A stretch of DNA of 64,000 nucleotides from an uncultured Pseudomonadota bacterium. Its GTDB lineage: Bacteria; Myxococcota_A; Polyangia; Fen-1088. Location: assembly GCA_963847705.1 (NCBI GenBank), contig CAWKBC010000041.1, positions 16,418 through 80,417 on the forward strand. The letters are read 5' to 3'. Made by a program: the position numbers and the translations under genes. The first letter of the stretch is position 1; every line of letters begins with the position of its first letter. Below the pieces are notes generated by a model. That model did no database searches and was not told the DNA's origin. It saw only the letters and a program-made list of their open reading frames with translations. This document shows, piece after piece, positions 10,247 to 22,378 of the stretch.

Positions 10247-11512
10247 ATGTCTAACCGCACGTCGCTTAAGTCACTCGTCATTGCCGCCTCCATCGCCGGC
10301 CTGATCGTGATCGCCACCGCAGGGCGCGCGGAGGCGCAGATCAGCGGCACGGGCGGCACGCTGGGCGTCACCGGGACGGGCGGCACCACCGGCAGCACGG
10401 CGTTCGCGGCCGGCGACTTCTTCACCACGATTCAGCAGCAGACCAACCCTCCAGCCAACCTGACCACGTTCGAGCTCTCCCGCTTCTTCAACCAGGCAGC
10501 CTGCGACTGCTCGACCCCGGTCAACATCTTCATCGCGCTGCTCGCCAGCGGCATCGCCAAACGGACCACCGCCGGCATCACCTCCGGGCAGCTCTACATC
10601 GTGCTCGGGAACGGCTGCACCTCGTTCGATGCCGGCTCGATAACGGTCGGTGGTTGTCTCACGATCGCCAGCGAGCCGGTGCTCACGTTCCTGAACCAGG
10701 CCTCCTACACAATCCCCACGGACGCACGCACGCTCAGCACCTACTTCAACGCGACCGGCGTACCCGTCGACGGCGGCTTCACGACGACCGGCAACACCAT
10801 GACCGGCACGGCGACTGCCTGCACCTCCCCCCTCGGCCAGGCGTTCACGACGACGGTCAACTTCAACTTTGACTTCGGCGACGGCCAGATCGACCTGAGC
10901 GTCCCGATGACGTTGCAAATCGATCTCTCCCCACCCCCGGCGCCTGCCGGCGTCAAGGTCCAAGGGGGAGACGAGGCGCTGGTGCTCAACTGGCAGTCGG
11001 TCGATCAAGCCATCACCACCGATCTGCTCGGCTATCAGATCCTCTGCAGCCGTGCGGACAAGTATCAGGTGTTCAACGAGGTTGGGAACGACGCCGGGGG
11101 GACCAGCTCTGGTCCCTTCGGGGCGGCCTTCCAGACCTGCCCCGCCACGCAGACCGGGATGGGCGTCGAGGGCCTCGATCCAACCTTCGTCTGCTCGGGT
11201 CTGCTCTCGGCGCAGGCGACATCGGATCGGGTGGAGATCCTGCAGAACGGCATCACGTACGCGGTTGCGGTGGTCGCCATCGACAACAGCGGCAATCCCA
11301 GCCCTCCGCTGGTCAACTACGGAACACCGATCAAGACGCTGAGCTTCTACGACGTCTACCGTGATCAGACGCCCCAAGGGCAGGCCGCCGGGGGCTTCTG
11401 CGCCGTCTCGACCGCGGGGCCGCGAGCAAAGACCACGGCCGCCGGACTGGCGCTGGTCGCCGTGGTCGCGGTCGGCTCGGTCGTGGCCCGCCGGCGAAGG
11501 AGACGTCCGTGA
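10247..11512 (+). CDS. Secreted Cys-containing FN3-like protein with MYXO-CTERM-type tail (MXAN_2561-like)
   Basis: Signal peptide; GGDEAL.L.W ... YAVAVVAIDNSGN FN3-like segment; C-terminal GGFC + TM helix + RRRRRP. Confidence 0.75.
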   Translation: MSNRTSLKSLVIAASIAGLIVIATAGRAEAQISGTGGTLGVTGTGGTTGSTAFAAGDFFTTIQQQTNPPANLTTFELSRFFNQAACDCSTPVNIFIALLASGIAKRTTAGITSGQLYIVLGNGCTSFDAGSITVGGCLTIASEPVLTFLNQASYTIPTDARTLSTYFNATGVPVDGGFTTTGNTMTGTATACTSPLGQAFTTTVNFNFDFGDGQIDLSVPMTLQIDLSPPPAPAGVKVQGGDEALVLNWQSVDQAITTDLLGYQILCSRADKYQVFNEVGNDAGGTSSGPFGAAFQTCPATQTGMGVEGLDPTFVCSGLLSAQATSDRVEILQNGITYAVAVVAIDNSGNPSPPLVNYGTPIKTLSFYDVYRDQTPQGQAAGGFCAVSTAGPRAKTTAAGLALVAVVAVGSVVARRRRRRP

Positions 11513-12294
11513 GACGATATTTCGCCCACGGCGCGTTGGCCACGGCCACCGGGTTGACCTTGCTGGTGGCGGCGTCGGGCGCATCGCGCGCGCAGGACTT
11601 CGCTCAGGAGGCGGCCCAGGTCGAGGGAGACACCTACAACCGCTACAAGTCGCCGCAGCGGTTCGCCTTCGAGCTGACGTTCGGTCCGTACATCCCCGAC
11701 ATCGACAGCGAGTTCAACGGCGCGCGGACGCCCTACAAGGACTACTTCGGCTCCGGCGCGAACCTGCTGACGCGGGTCGAGTTCGATTACCAGTTTTGGC
11801 ACCGCTACGGCTCGCTCGCGGCGGGCCTCGGCGTCGGCTACTTCTCGGTCACCGGCACGGCGCCGGTGGCCAACGGAACCGGCCTGCCGAGCGGCGATCA
11901 GTCCCAGCTGAAGATCATTCCCATCAGTCTCTCGGCGGTCTACCGATTCGACTACCTTCTGCAGGAGCGCGGCTTCCCGCTGGTTCCCTTCGGCAAGCTC
12001 GGGCTCGACTGGGCCTACTGGCAGAACACCGACGGCAACGGCAACATCGCCGACGCCGACAGCAGCGGACGCGGGCGCGGCGGGACGCTGGGGTGGCACG
12101 TCGCCGGTGGCATCGCGCTGGTGCTCGACTTCCTCGATCCGGACGCCTCGCACGACTTCGATCAGGACCTCGGCGTGAACCACACCGCGCTCACGTTCGA
12201 GTTCTTTCACGCGGACATCTCCGGCCTCGGCGAAGCCGATCGGCTCCACGTCGGCGACACCAACTGGACGCTCGGGCTGCTGCTCGAGTTTTGA
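11509..12294 (+). CDS. Outer membrane beta-barrel protein (MXAN_2562-like)
   Basis: Signal peptide; SPQRFAFELTFGPY; alternating beta-strands; terminal LGLLLEF beta-signal; GTGA overlap with upstream gene. Confidence 0.78.
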   Translation: MRRYFAHGALATATGLTLLVAASGASRAQDFAQEAAQVEGDTYNRYKSPQRFAFELTFGPYIPDIDSEFNGARTPYKDYFGSGANLLTRVEFDYQFWHRYGSLAAGLGVGYFSVTGTAPVANGTGLPSGDQSQLKIIPISLSAVYRFDYLLQERGFPLVPFGKLGLDWAYWQNTDGNGNIADADSSGRGRGGTLGWHVAGGIALVLDFLDPDASHDFDQDLGVNHTALTFEFFHADISGLGEADRLHVGDTNWTLGLLLEF

Positions 12295-12324
12295 GCCAGG
12301 GGTCGCAAGGTCGGCAGGGTCGGA

Positions 12325-13064
12325 TTGGCTAAGCGCTTCCGCGTCGTCGTCGAGTACGACGGCACCGACTTTTCCGGCTGGCAGCGCCAGGTCGAGGAAC
12401 GGACGGTCCAGGGGACCCTGGAGGACGCCCTCAAGGCGATGACCGGCGAGAGCGTGTTCGTGCGCGGCGCCGGCCGCACCGACGCCGGCGTCCACGCCGA
12501 CGGCCAGGTGGCGACCTTCGACATCGGGGTCGACATCCCTCCCCACGGTCTTTTGCGCGGGCTCAATTCGGTGCTCCCGCCCGACGTGGCGCTGGTCGAC
12601 GTCGCGGAGGCGGCCCTCCGACTTCGACGCCCGCTTCTCGGCGCGCGGCAAGGTCTACCGCTACACCGTCTGGAGCCACTTCGTCCGCTCGCCGCTGCGG
12701 CGCGCGCCGCGCCTGGCACGTGCGCGAGCCGCTGGACGTCGAGGCGATTCGCACCGCAGCCGCCGCGCTGGTCGGCGACCACGACTTCCGCGCCTTCCGC
12801 GCCTCCGACTGCGACCGCCGCACCACCCGCCGCGTCGTGCGCGCCATCGACGTCGATCGCCAGGGCGCGGTCCTCACCCTCGACGTCGAGGCGACGGCCT
12901 TCCTCAAGAACATGGTCCGCATCCTGGTCGGGACCTTGATCGATATCGGCCGCGGCCGCGTCCCCCCCGACGCCGTCGCCCGCATGCTGGCGACCGGCGA
13001 CCGCACCATCGGCGGCATGACCGCCCCCCCGCAGGGCTTGACGTTACTGCGCGTGATTTACTGA
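12325..13064 (+). CDS. truA: tRNA pseudouridine(38-40) synthase TruA, frameshifted (two shifts near 12616 and 12700)
   Basis: EYDGTDFSGWQ and AGRTDAGVHA in the first frame; DFDARFSARGKVYRY in a middle frame; HDFRAF, FLKNMVRILVG and TAPPQGL in the last frame. Confidence 0.9.
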
Positions 13065-13789
13065 GCCCGCGGCCTGCTCGGCGCGGCTGGTTCCCCCAGC
13101 ATCTGGGCGATGCGGGCGTGGACCAGCTTGAGCATGCGATCGCGGTCGGCGGGACCGAGCCCGGCGGTCGAGATCGGCTCGCCGATCGTCAATCGGACCT
13201 GACCGGCCCGGATCATCGGGGAACCAGGCGGCATCAGCGCGCCGCTCCCCTGGATCGCCATCGGGACGATGGCAGCGCCCGAATCGATCGCCAGGTGGAA
13301 GCCCCCCTTCTTGAACGACCCCAGCCGCCCGTCACGGGTGCGCGTCCCTTCCGGGAAGATCACCACCGACTGCCCGGCTTTGATCCGCCGCGCCGCCTCG
13401 TCGATGCTCCGCCGCGCCGCCACCGCGTTCTGGCGGTCGATGAAGATGAAGCGGCCGGCGCCCATGGCCCAGCCGAACAGCGGGATGAACGAGAGCTGCT
13501 TCTTGGCGATGAACCGGAACGACAGCGGCACACCGATGAAGACCGCCCAGATGTCGATCATCGAGGCGTGGTTGGCCATGAAGACGTAAGGGCGCTTGGG
13601 GTCGAGCTTTTCGGCCAGCGCGACCTTCAGCTTCACCCCCGGCACGCCGAGGACGATGCGCGACCAGACGCGGGCGATGGCCATCACCGCCTCGCCGGTC
13701 CGGTCGAAAAGCGGGGTCAACACCGCGATCACCGACCCGAGCAGGGTGGCGACCACGAACGAGACGAGGGAGAGCGCCGCGCGGATCAT
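13058..13789 (-). CDS. plsC: 1-acyl-sn-glycerol-3-phosphate acyltransferase
   Basis: NHASMID (HxxxxD), FIDR, FPEGTRT. Confidence 0.93.
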   Translation of the reverse strand: MIRAALSLVSFVVATLLGSVIAVLTPLFDRTGEAVMAIARVWSRIVLGVPGVKLKVALAEKLDPKRPYVFMANHASMIDIWAVFIGVPLSFRFIAKKQLSFIPLFGWAMGAGRFIFIDRQNAVAARRSIDEAARRIKAGQSVVIFPEGTRTRDGRLGSFKKGGFHLAIDSGAAIVPMAIQGSGALMPPGSPMIRAGQVRLTIGEPISTAGLGPADRDRMLKLVHARIAQMLGEPAAPSRPRAQ

Positions 13790-13879
13790 GAACGGACGAG
13801 GAGGGTCATCGGGAGGGTCCTGTGAAGGTCAGGGGGAACTCCATGGAGAACCCCCAGGCGTGCTATCTTTTCATCCACC

Positions 13880-14743
13880 GTGGACTTCCGGAAGACCTAC
13901 TACATTCTTCCGAACCTGTTCACACTCTCGAGCGTCTTCTGCGGGTTCATCTCCATCTCGCTGTCGGCCTCCTCGGGAACGACCGGGAGTGATCTCTACC
14001 AGGCCGCGCTGGCCATCTGCTTCGGCTTCTTTTTCGACACGGCTGACGGCCGTGTGGCCCGGCTGACCAAGACCCAGACCGACCTCGGCCGCGACCTCGA
14101 TTCGCTGGCCGACGCCATCACCTTCGGCGTGGCGCCCGCCATGATGGTCTACAAATTCGGCCTGACCAGCTTCGGACGGCTGGGGATCTTCTTCGCCGGG
14201 CTGTTCGTCTGCGCCGGGGTGATGCGGCTGGCGCGCTTCAACGTGCTGTCGCGGCGCGAGGCGGCGGCCGGGATCCACGCCCCTGGAAAATACACCCTCG
14301 GTCTGACCATCCCCGCCGCGGCCAGTGTGCTCGTGTTGATGGTGGTGGTGGCGCACAACGTCCACCCCTACCGCATCGCCAGCGACGGCGTGGTGGCGGG
14401 GGTCGTGCTCGTGCTGTCGTACCTGATGGTCTCGCGGGTGAAGTTCAGGTCATTCAAGGATCTGCGGCTGACCAGACGGACCGTCCAGCTGGCGGTCCTC
14501 ATCGGCGGCTGCTGGGTCCTGGTCGCGATGAACGGGGTCGACAAGGCGCTCATCTTCCTCGTCCTGATCATGGCCTACATCATGCTGGGTCTGGCCGAGA
14601 CGCTGCTGCTCATGCGGCGCTCCTTCATCCAGCAGCGCCGCGAGAAGGCCGCGGCCGCGGACGCAGCGGCAGCGGCCGATGACGACACGCCCGGCGACGA
14701 AGAGGTCCTGCGCGAGCTCGGCGCCTTCGACGAAACTACTTAG
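13880..14743 (+). CDS. pssA: CDP-diacylglycerol--serine O-phosphatidyltransferase
   Basis: LPNLFT, DTADGRVAR...G.DLDSLAD.ITFGVAP, RLARFN. Confidence 0.92.
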   Translation: MDFRKTYYILPNLFTLSSVFCGFISISLSASSGTTGSDLYQAALAICFGFFFDTADGRVARLTKTQTDLGRDLDSLADAITFGVAPAMMVYKFGLTSFGRLGIFFAGLFVCAGVMRLARFNVLSRREAAAGIHAPGKYTLGLTIPAAASVLVLMVVVAHNVHPYRIASDGVVAGVVLVLSYLMVSRVKFRSFKDLRLTRRTVQLAVLIGGCWVLVAMNGVDKALIFLVLIMAYIMLGLAETLLLMRRSFIQQRREKAAAADAAAAADDDTPGDEEVLRELGAFDETT

Positions 14744-15164
14744 AAGATTTGAGCTTCGGCTTGCCCTTGGCCGCTGCGGCGGATGAGCCGCCGTCGTCGA
14801 GCTCGACGAACGCGCCCCACGCCGCGCCGATGAGCGGTCCCATCAGGACCGGAAGCTCGACCAGCGGGCGGTCGGGGACACCCAGCTTGGCGGCGAAGGC
14901 GACGTGCGCGCCGCCGAAGAGCTTGCCGGCGCCCCAGTAGAGGGCGCCGCCGACGACGGCGCCGAAGATCCCCTTGAGCGCGGTGGTCCAGACGGTGTCC
15001 TGGCGCCAGGGGGGCCGGCCGCACAGGATGCCGGCCAGCCCACCGACGACGGCATAGGTGACGGTCGCCAGGAACCCGCCGCCGATCCCGAGCTTGAAAG
15101 CGCCTGCGCCAATCAGCGCACCGACGACGCCGCCCTTGAGAAGGCCGAGAAGAACGCGCCCCAT
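14736..15164 (-). CDS. Hypothetical Gly-rich multi-pass membrane protein
   Basis: Start refined to MGRVLLGLLKG; about four hydrophobic helices; basic C-terminal tail. Confidence 0.75.
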   Translation of the reverse strand: MGRVLLGLLKGGVVGALIGAGAFKLGIGGGFLATVTYAVVGGLAGILCGRPPWRQDTVWTTALKGIFGAVVGGALYWGAGKLFGGAHVAFAAKLGVPDRPLVELPVLMGPLIGAAWGAFVELDDGGSSAAAAKGKPKLKSSK

Positions 15165-15228
15165 GCGGCAACTATAGCAGGCGAAAACCGCGCCGAGCCC
15201 CGTCCGCGACGTTAAGCTTAAGTCATCG

Positions 15229-16814
15229 TTGCGCTTGCCAAGGCTTACCGATCGGACCAGTGGCGTGCTCCTGCACCCGACCAGCCTTCCCGGCGGGGAT
15301 CTGGGCGCGACGGCGCGCGAGCTGGTCGATTTCCTGGCTGCAGCCGGACAGAGCTGGTGGCAGATGCTGCCGGTCGGACCGACCGGGTACGGCAATTCGC
15401 CCTACAGCGCCCAGTCGGCGTTCGCGGGCAATCCGGCGCTGGTCGATGCAGAGCGTCTGCTCGAGGACGGCCTCCTGGCCGCCGGCGACCGGCGCCGCAC
15501 CCACGAAGAGCAGTTGAGCCGGGCCTTCCTGGCCTTTTCCGAGGGTGGTGGGGTGAATCACCCCGATTTTCGCCGTTTCACCGGGCAGGCGGAGGGATGG
15601 CTGGACGATTTTGCCGTCTATCGCGCGCTCAAGGGCGTCCAGGGCGAGGTTCAGTGGACACGCTGGCCCTCGCCCCTGCGTGAGCGCGACCCAGAGGCGC
15701 TGGCGCACTTCTGCCGCGGCCACCAGAGAGAGCTCGATTTCACCCGGTTCGTGCAGTGGCGCTTCTTTGGCGACTGGCAGGTCCTGCGCGATTACGCCCA
15801 CGTGCGCGGGCTCGGCCTCATCGGCGACCTGCCGATCTTCCTGGCGCACGACAGCGCGGACGTCTGGTTGAACCGCCACCAGTTCTATCTCGACGGGGCC
15901 GGGGAGCCGACGCTGGTGGCCGGCGTGCCGCCCGACTACTTCAGCGCCACCGGCCAGCGCTGGGGGAACCCGCTCTACCGCTGGGCGGAGATGCGCGCCA
16001 CCGGGTTCGCCTGGTGGATCGCCCGCTTCCGCGCGACGCTGGCGCTGTTCGACGCCGTCCGCCTCGATCACTTCATCGGCTACACCCGCTACTGGGCGAT
16101 TCCGGCGCGCGAGCCGACGGCGGTGAAGGGCCGCTGGCGGCCCGGGCCGGGGGCGCGGTTCTTTCGGGCGGTCGCCGCGGCGCTGGGCGAGCTGCCGCTC
16201 ATCGCCGAGGATCTCGGGGCGGTCACGCCGGCGGTCGAATCGTTGCGCGCGCGGTTCGGGTTCCCGGGGATCAAGCTCCTGCAGTTCGCCTTCGGGACCG
16301 ATCCGCAGGCGCCCAGCTTCCTGCCCCACAACTACCCGCGCGCGGCGGTCGCCTACACCGGCACGCACGACAACGACACCACCGTCGGATGGTTCCAGGC
16401 GCTCGGCAGCGGCAGGCACGCCCCCGGACAGTCGCCGCCCGAGCGGCAGGCGGTGCTCCGCTACCTGGGCGCGCCCGACGGTGACGGCGCAGGTGAGGCC
16501 GGAGAGAAGATCCATTGGCGCATGATTCGGGCCATCATGGGATCGGTGGCCGACATGGCGATTGTTCCAGTGCAGGACCTGCTCGGGCTCGGATCGGAGG
16601 CGCGCATGAATCACCCCGGCACCGCCACCGGCAACTGGTCATTCCGCCTCGAGCCCGGCGCGTTGACGCCCGCCATCGCCGACCGGCTGCGCGACCTCAC
16701 CGAGACCTACGGACGTGCGAGGCAGGATGCGAGCGCAGGCGAGCTCACTTCGCCGGACCGAGCGGGGGAGCGGGGGGACCAAGGGCGCGCAGCGCCCGAC
16801 GCCCCCCGGACTCA

Positions 16815-16818
<4 letters not shown>
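15229..16818 (+). CDS. malQ: 4-alpha-glucanotransferase (GH77)
   Basis: [52 protein letters not shown]. Confidence 0.96.
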
Positions 16819-20128
<3,310 letters not shown>

Positions 20129-20256
20129 CTAGACTAGAGGCGCCTCAGGAGTTTCCGAAGGCGACCTGGATGCCGGAGGGCGCGACGCGCCCGGGTCCAA
20201 GCACCGGGAGGCTCGGCTTTGCCGAGCCGGCATCGACGGCCCGCGGGGGAGCTCGT

Positions 20257-20366
20257 GAGGGGGGACACCCCCTCACGGCGCCGAAGGCGCGCGGAGGGGG
20301 GACACCCCCTCACGGCGCCGAAGGCGCGCGGAGGGGGGACACCCCCTCACGGCGCCGAAGGCGCGC
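20257..20366. repeat. Three tandem copies of a 37-bp palindromic unit GAGGGGGGACACCCCCTCACGGCGCCGAAGGCGCGCG
   Basis: Copies start at 20257, 20294 and 20331; each has two hairpins; no unique spacers; lies between convergent genes. Confidence 0.9.
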
Positions 20367-21842
20367 TTAAAACCCGTAGGCGATGCCGACGTTGATGTCG
20401 AGGTTGAAGGTGAAGTCCCAGAAGCCGAGCGCCGCGTTCGCCTGACCGACCAGCGAAAGGTTGTCGGTGAGATCGTAGAAGACGCCGCCGCCCGGACCGA
20501 CCAGGATGGGCCCCCCCTGGATGGTGTCGACGCAGGACTGGTTCATCATCGGCCCGCAGCCGGTGGGGGCGCGGGAGGGGTGCAGCGTCACCACGTGTCG
20601 GATGTAGCCGCCGCCGCCCATCAGCGAAAAGAATGGGTGAAAGCTCCCCTCGTCGCCCCCCAGCTTCCAGGTCGCCTTGGCAAACGCCGCGAAGGCGTAG
20701 TGCGCCGTCCTGTAGTCCACCCCGTTGAAGTACGGATCGACGGTGCCGGTGATGATCTGGTAGCGCAGCTGGAGTGACAGCATCAGCGACGAGGTCAGCC
20801 AGTAGCCGACCTCGGGCGCGATCTGCAGCAGCGACGCGGGGGCGACGCCCGGCGGCGAGATGCTCACGTCGTGGTTGGTGTCGCCCGCCCCGGTGGCCCA
20901 TCCGAACCCGCTCCCCAACATGAAGGCCACGAAGTACTTGTGGTCAGGCTCGTCGTCCTCTTCCTCTTCGCCTTCCCCTTCGGGCTTGTGCACGGCGGCC
21001 TTGGCCCCGCCGAGGTTGATGACCAGCGGGCTGTCGACCGTCCCCTTGGTCGCCACCGCGTTGCCGTCCGCGTCATCGGCCTCTACGTAGTAGGCCACCG
21101 TTGCGCCCAGCGTGGCCGTGGTGGGGATCTCGGCGCCATAACGCCCCTCGGCAACCGCTTTCATCTCGCGCCCCAGGAACTCGGTGGCGCCCTCCGGGCG
21201 GTAGGCGAGGACCATCTTGTCGAACTTCAGGTCGGCCTGGACGGCGACGGTGACCGAGATGGCGCTCCCCTTCTTTCCGTCGGTGATCGGCTGGTGGACG
21301 ATCCCGGACGGCTCTTCGCTTTGCTCGGGAGGCGGGGTGGCGGCCGGCGGCGCCGCTGGCTCGGGCGCCGCCTCCGGGGGCTCGGGGCTCGCGGGCGGCG
21401 GCGCGCTGGGGGACGCCGGGGGGGCGGCGGTCGCGCCGCTCTTGGCCTCGTTGAAGGCGTCGGTCAGCTCAGGCGTGACCAGCGCCTTCGTGAGGTTGAT
21501 CGTCGCCTGGATCTCCAGCGCCTTTCTGAACTGTTTGATGCCGAGATCGCGCTGCTTGAACCCGGTGATGATCACGATCCCCATGTGGATGTGGGTGCGC
21601 GCCGTGATGGGGTGCTGCTGGAGCCCCGTCGAGTCCGCCAGGTCGAGCGCCTGCTTGAGGATCTTGCGGGCATCGTCGAACTTCTGAGCCTGCAGCGCCG
21701 CCACGGCGTCCTTGTTCATCTGGGTGATCTTCGCGATCGTCTCGTCCTGCGACTCGGCGCGGGCCAGTGACGACAGCGACAGAACGACGAGCAGCGCGCA
21801 GAGCCCGCGCAACAGTGAAGACGCGGGCGGCCACGTGGTCAT
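20367..21842 (-). CDS. Exported protein: TPR-like helical N-terminus, Pro-rich linker, Ig-like domain, C-terminal beta-barrel-like region
   Basis: Start refined to MTTWPP (signal peptide ending ARA-E); amphipathic strands; terminal VGIAYGF. Confidence 0.75.
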   Translation of the reverse strand: MTTWPPASSLLRGLCALLVVLSLSSLARAESQDETIAKITQMNKDAVAALQAQKFDDARKILKQALDLADSTGLQQHPITARTHIHMGIVIITGFKQRDLGIKQFRKALEIQATINLTKALVTPELTDAFNEAKSGATAAPPASPSAPPPASPEPPEAAPEPAAPPAATPPPEQSEEPSGIVHQPITDGKKGSAISVTVAVQADLKFDKMVLAYRPEGATEFLGREMKAVAEGRYGAEIPTTATLGATVAYYVEADDADGNAVATKGTVDSPLVINLGGAKAAVHKPEGEGEEEEDDEPDHKYFVAFMLGSGFGWATGAGDTNHDVSISPPGVAPASLLQIAPEVGYWLTSSLMLSLQLRYQIITGTVDPYFNGVDYRTAHYAFAAFAKATWKLGGDEGSFHPFFSLMGGGGYIRHVVTLHPSRAPTGCGPMMNQSCVDTIQGGPILVGPGGGVFYDLTDNLSLVGQANAALGFWDFTFNLDINVGIAYGF

Positions 21843-22138
21843 GCGGTGCTTGCCTCTGGGGGAAAAAGGAAGGCTCAAGCTGAGCTCCCTTTGTAACACG
21901 AAATTCCACAATCCTTCTAGCGCTTGACCGGTCGGAAACCGGGTCCGCGCCGGCCGGAGGCGGCACCGGCCGGTCGGCCTAACCTCCGGCCAAGGCTCAG
22001 GGAAATACCGCAACGAGGGGTCGCGGCATGGGGGGGACCTCCTATTTATCCCCCCAACCTCTTGCGCCCATCCGGGGGGTGCTTAATTGCCATATTTGCT
22101 GCCCGAATGCTGTTTCCTGGAAACCGGAGGTGACCACC

Positions 22139-22378
22139 ATGCTGCTCGATCCCAATGACCTGCTCACGCCGAGCGACGCAGCCCGCGTCCTCGGCCTTTC
22201 TGCGGACTCCGTCCGCGTTCTGTCCGACAACGGCCGGCTGCCGGGGATGAGGACCGTCGGAGGACGGCGCCTCTTCCGACGCGCCGACGTTGACCGGCTG
22301 GCCATAGAGCGTGCGGGCCATGTGGCGCACGCGCTCAGCGCGCGGCAGCAGCCCATGGCGCCCCGCGCGGAGGAATGA
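22139..22378 (+). CDS. Small MerR/excisionase-like (BldC-like) helix-turn-helix protein
   Basis: LLTPSDAARVLGLS...V...GRL...RT.GG.R.F.R.DV; GGAGG RBS upstream. Confidence 0.85.
   Translation: MLLDPNDLLTPSDAARVLGLSADSVRVLSDNGRLPGMRTVGGRRLFRRADVDRLAIERAGHVAHALSARQQPMAPRAEE

Noticed and set aside
16729-16810. Further element copies in the malQ 3' tail, at 13831-13856 and at 22029-22056
   Set aside because: Only a G-run/C-run hairpin is shared; too degenerate to assign without a model.
20257-20366. Possible CRISPR array (37-bp palindromic repeats)
   Set aside because: Units are head to tail with no spacers, and there are no cas genes or AT-rich leader.
21850-22130. Riboswitch (e.g. c-di-GMP) in the long GC-rich intergenic region
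   Set aside because: Hairpins are present but I could not match conserved aptamer motifs on either strand; an Rfam scan is needed.
22139-22378. Excisionase indicating a prophage or ICE
   Set aside because: No integrase, att-like repeats, tRNA or phage genes nearby; it fits a stand-alone HTH regulator.
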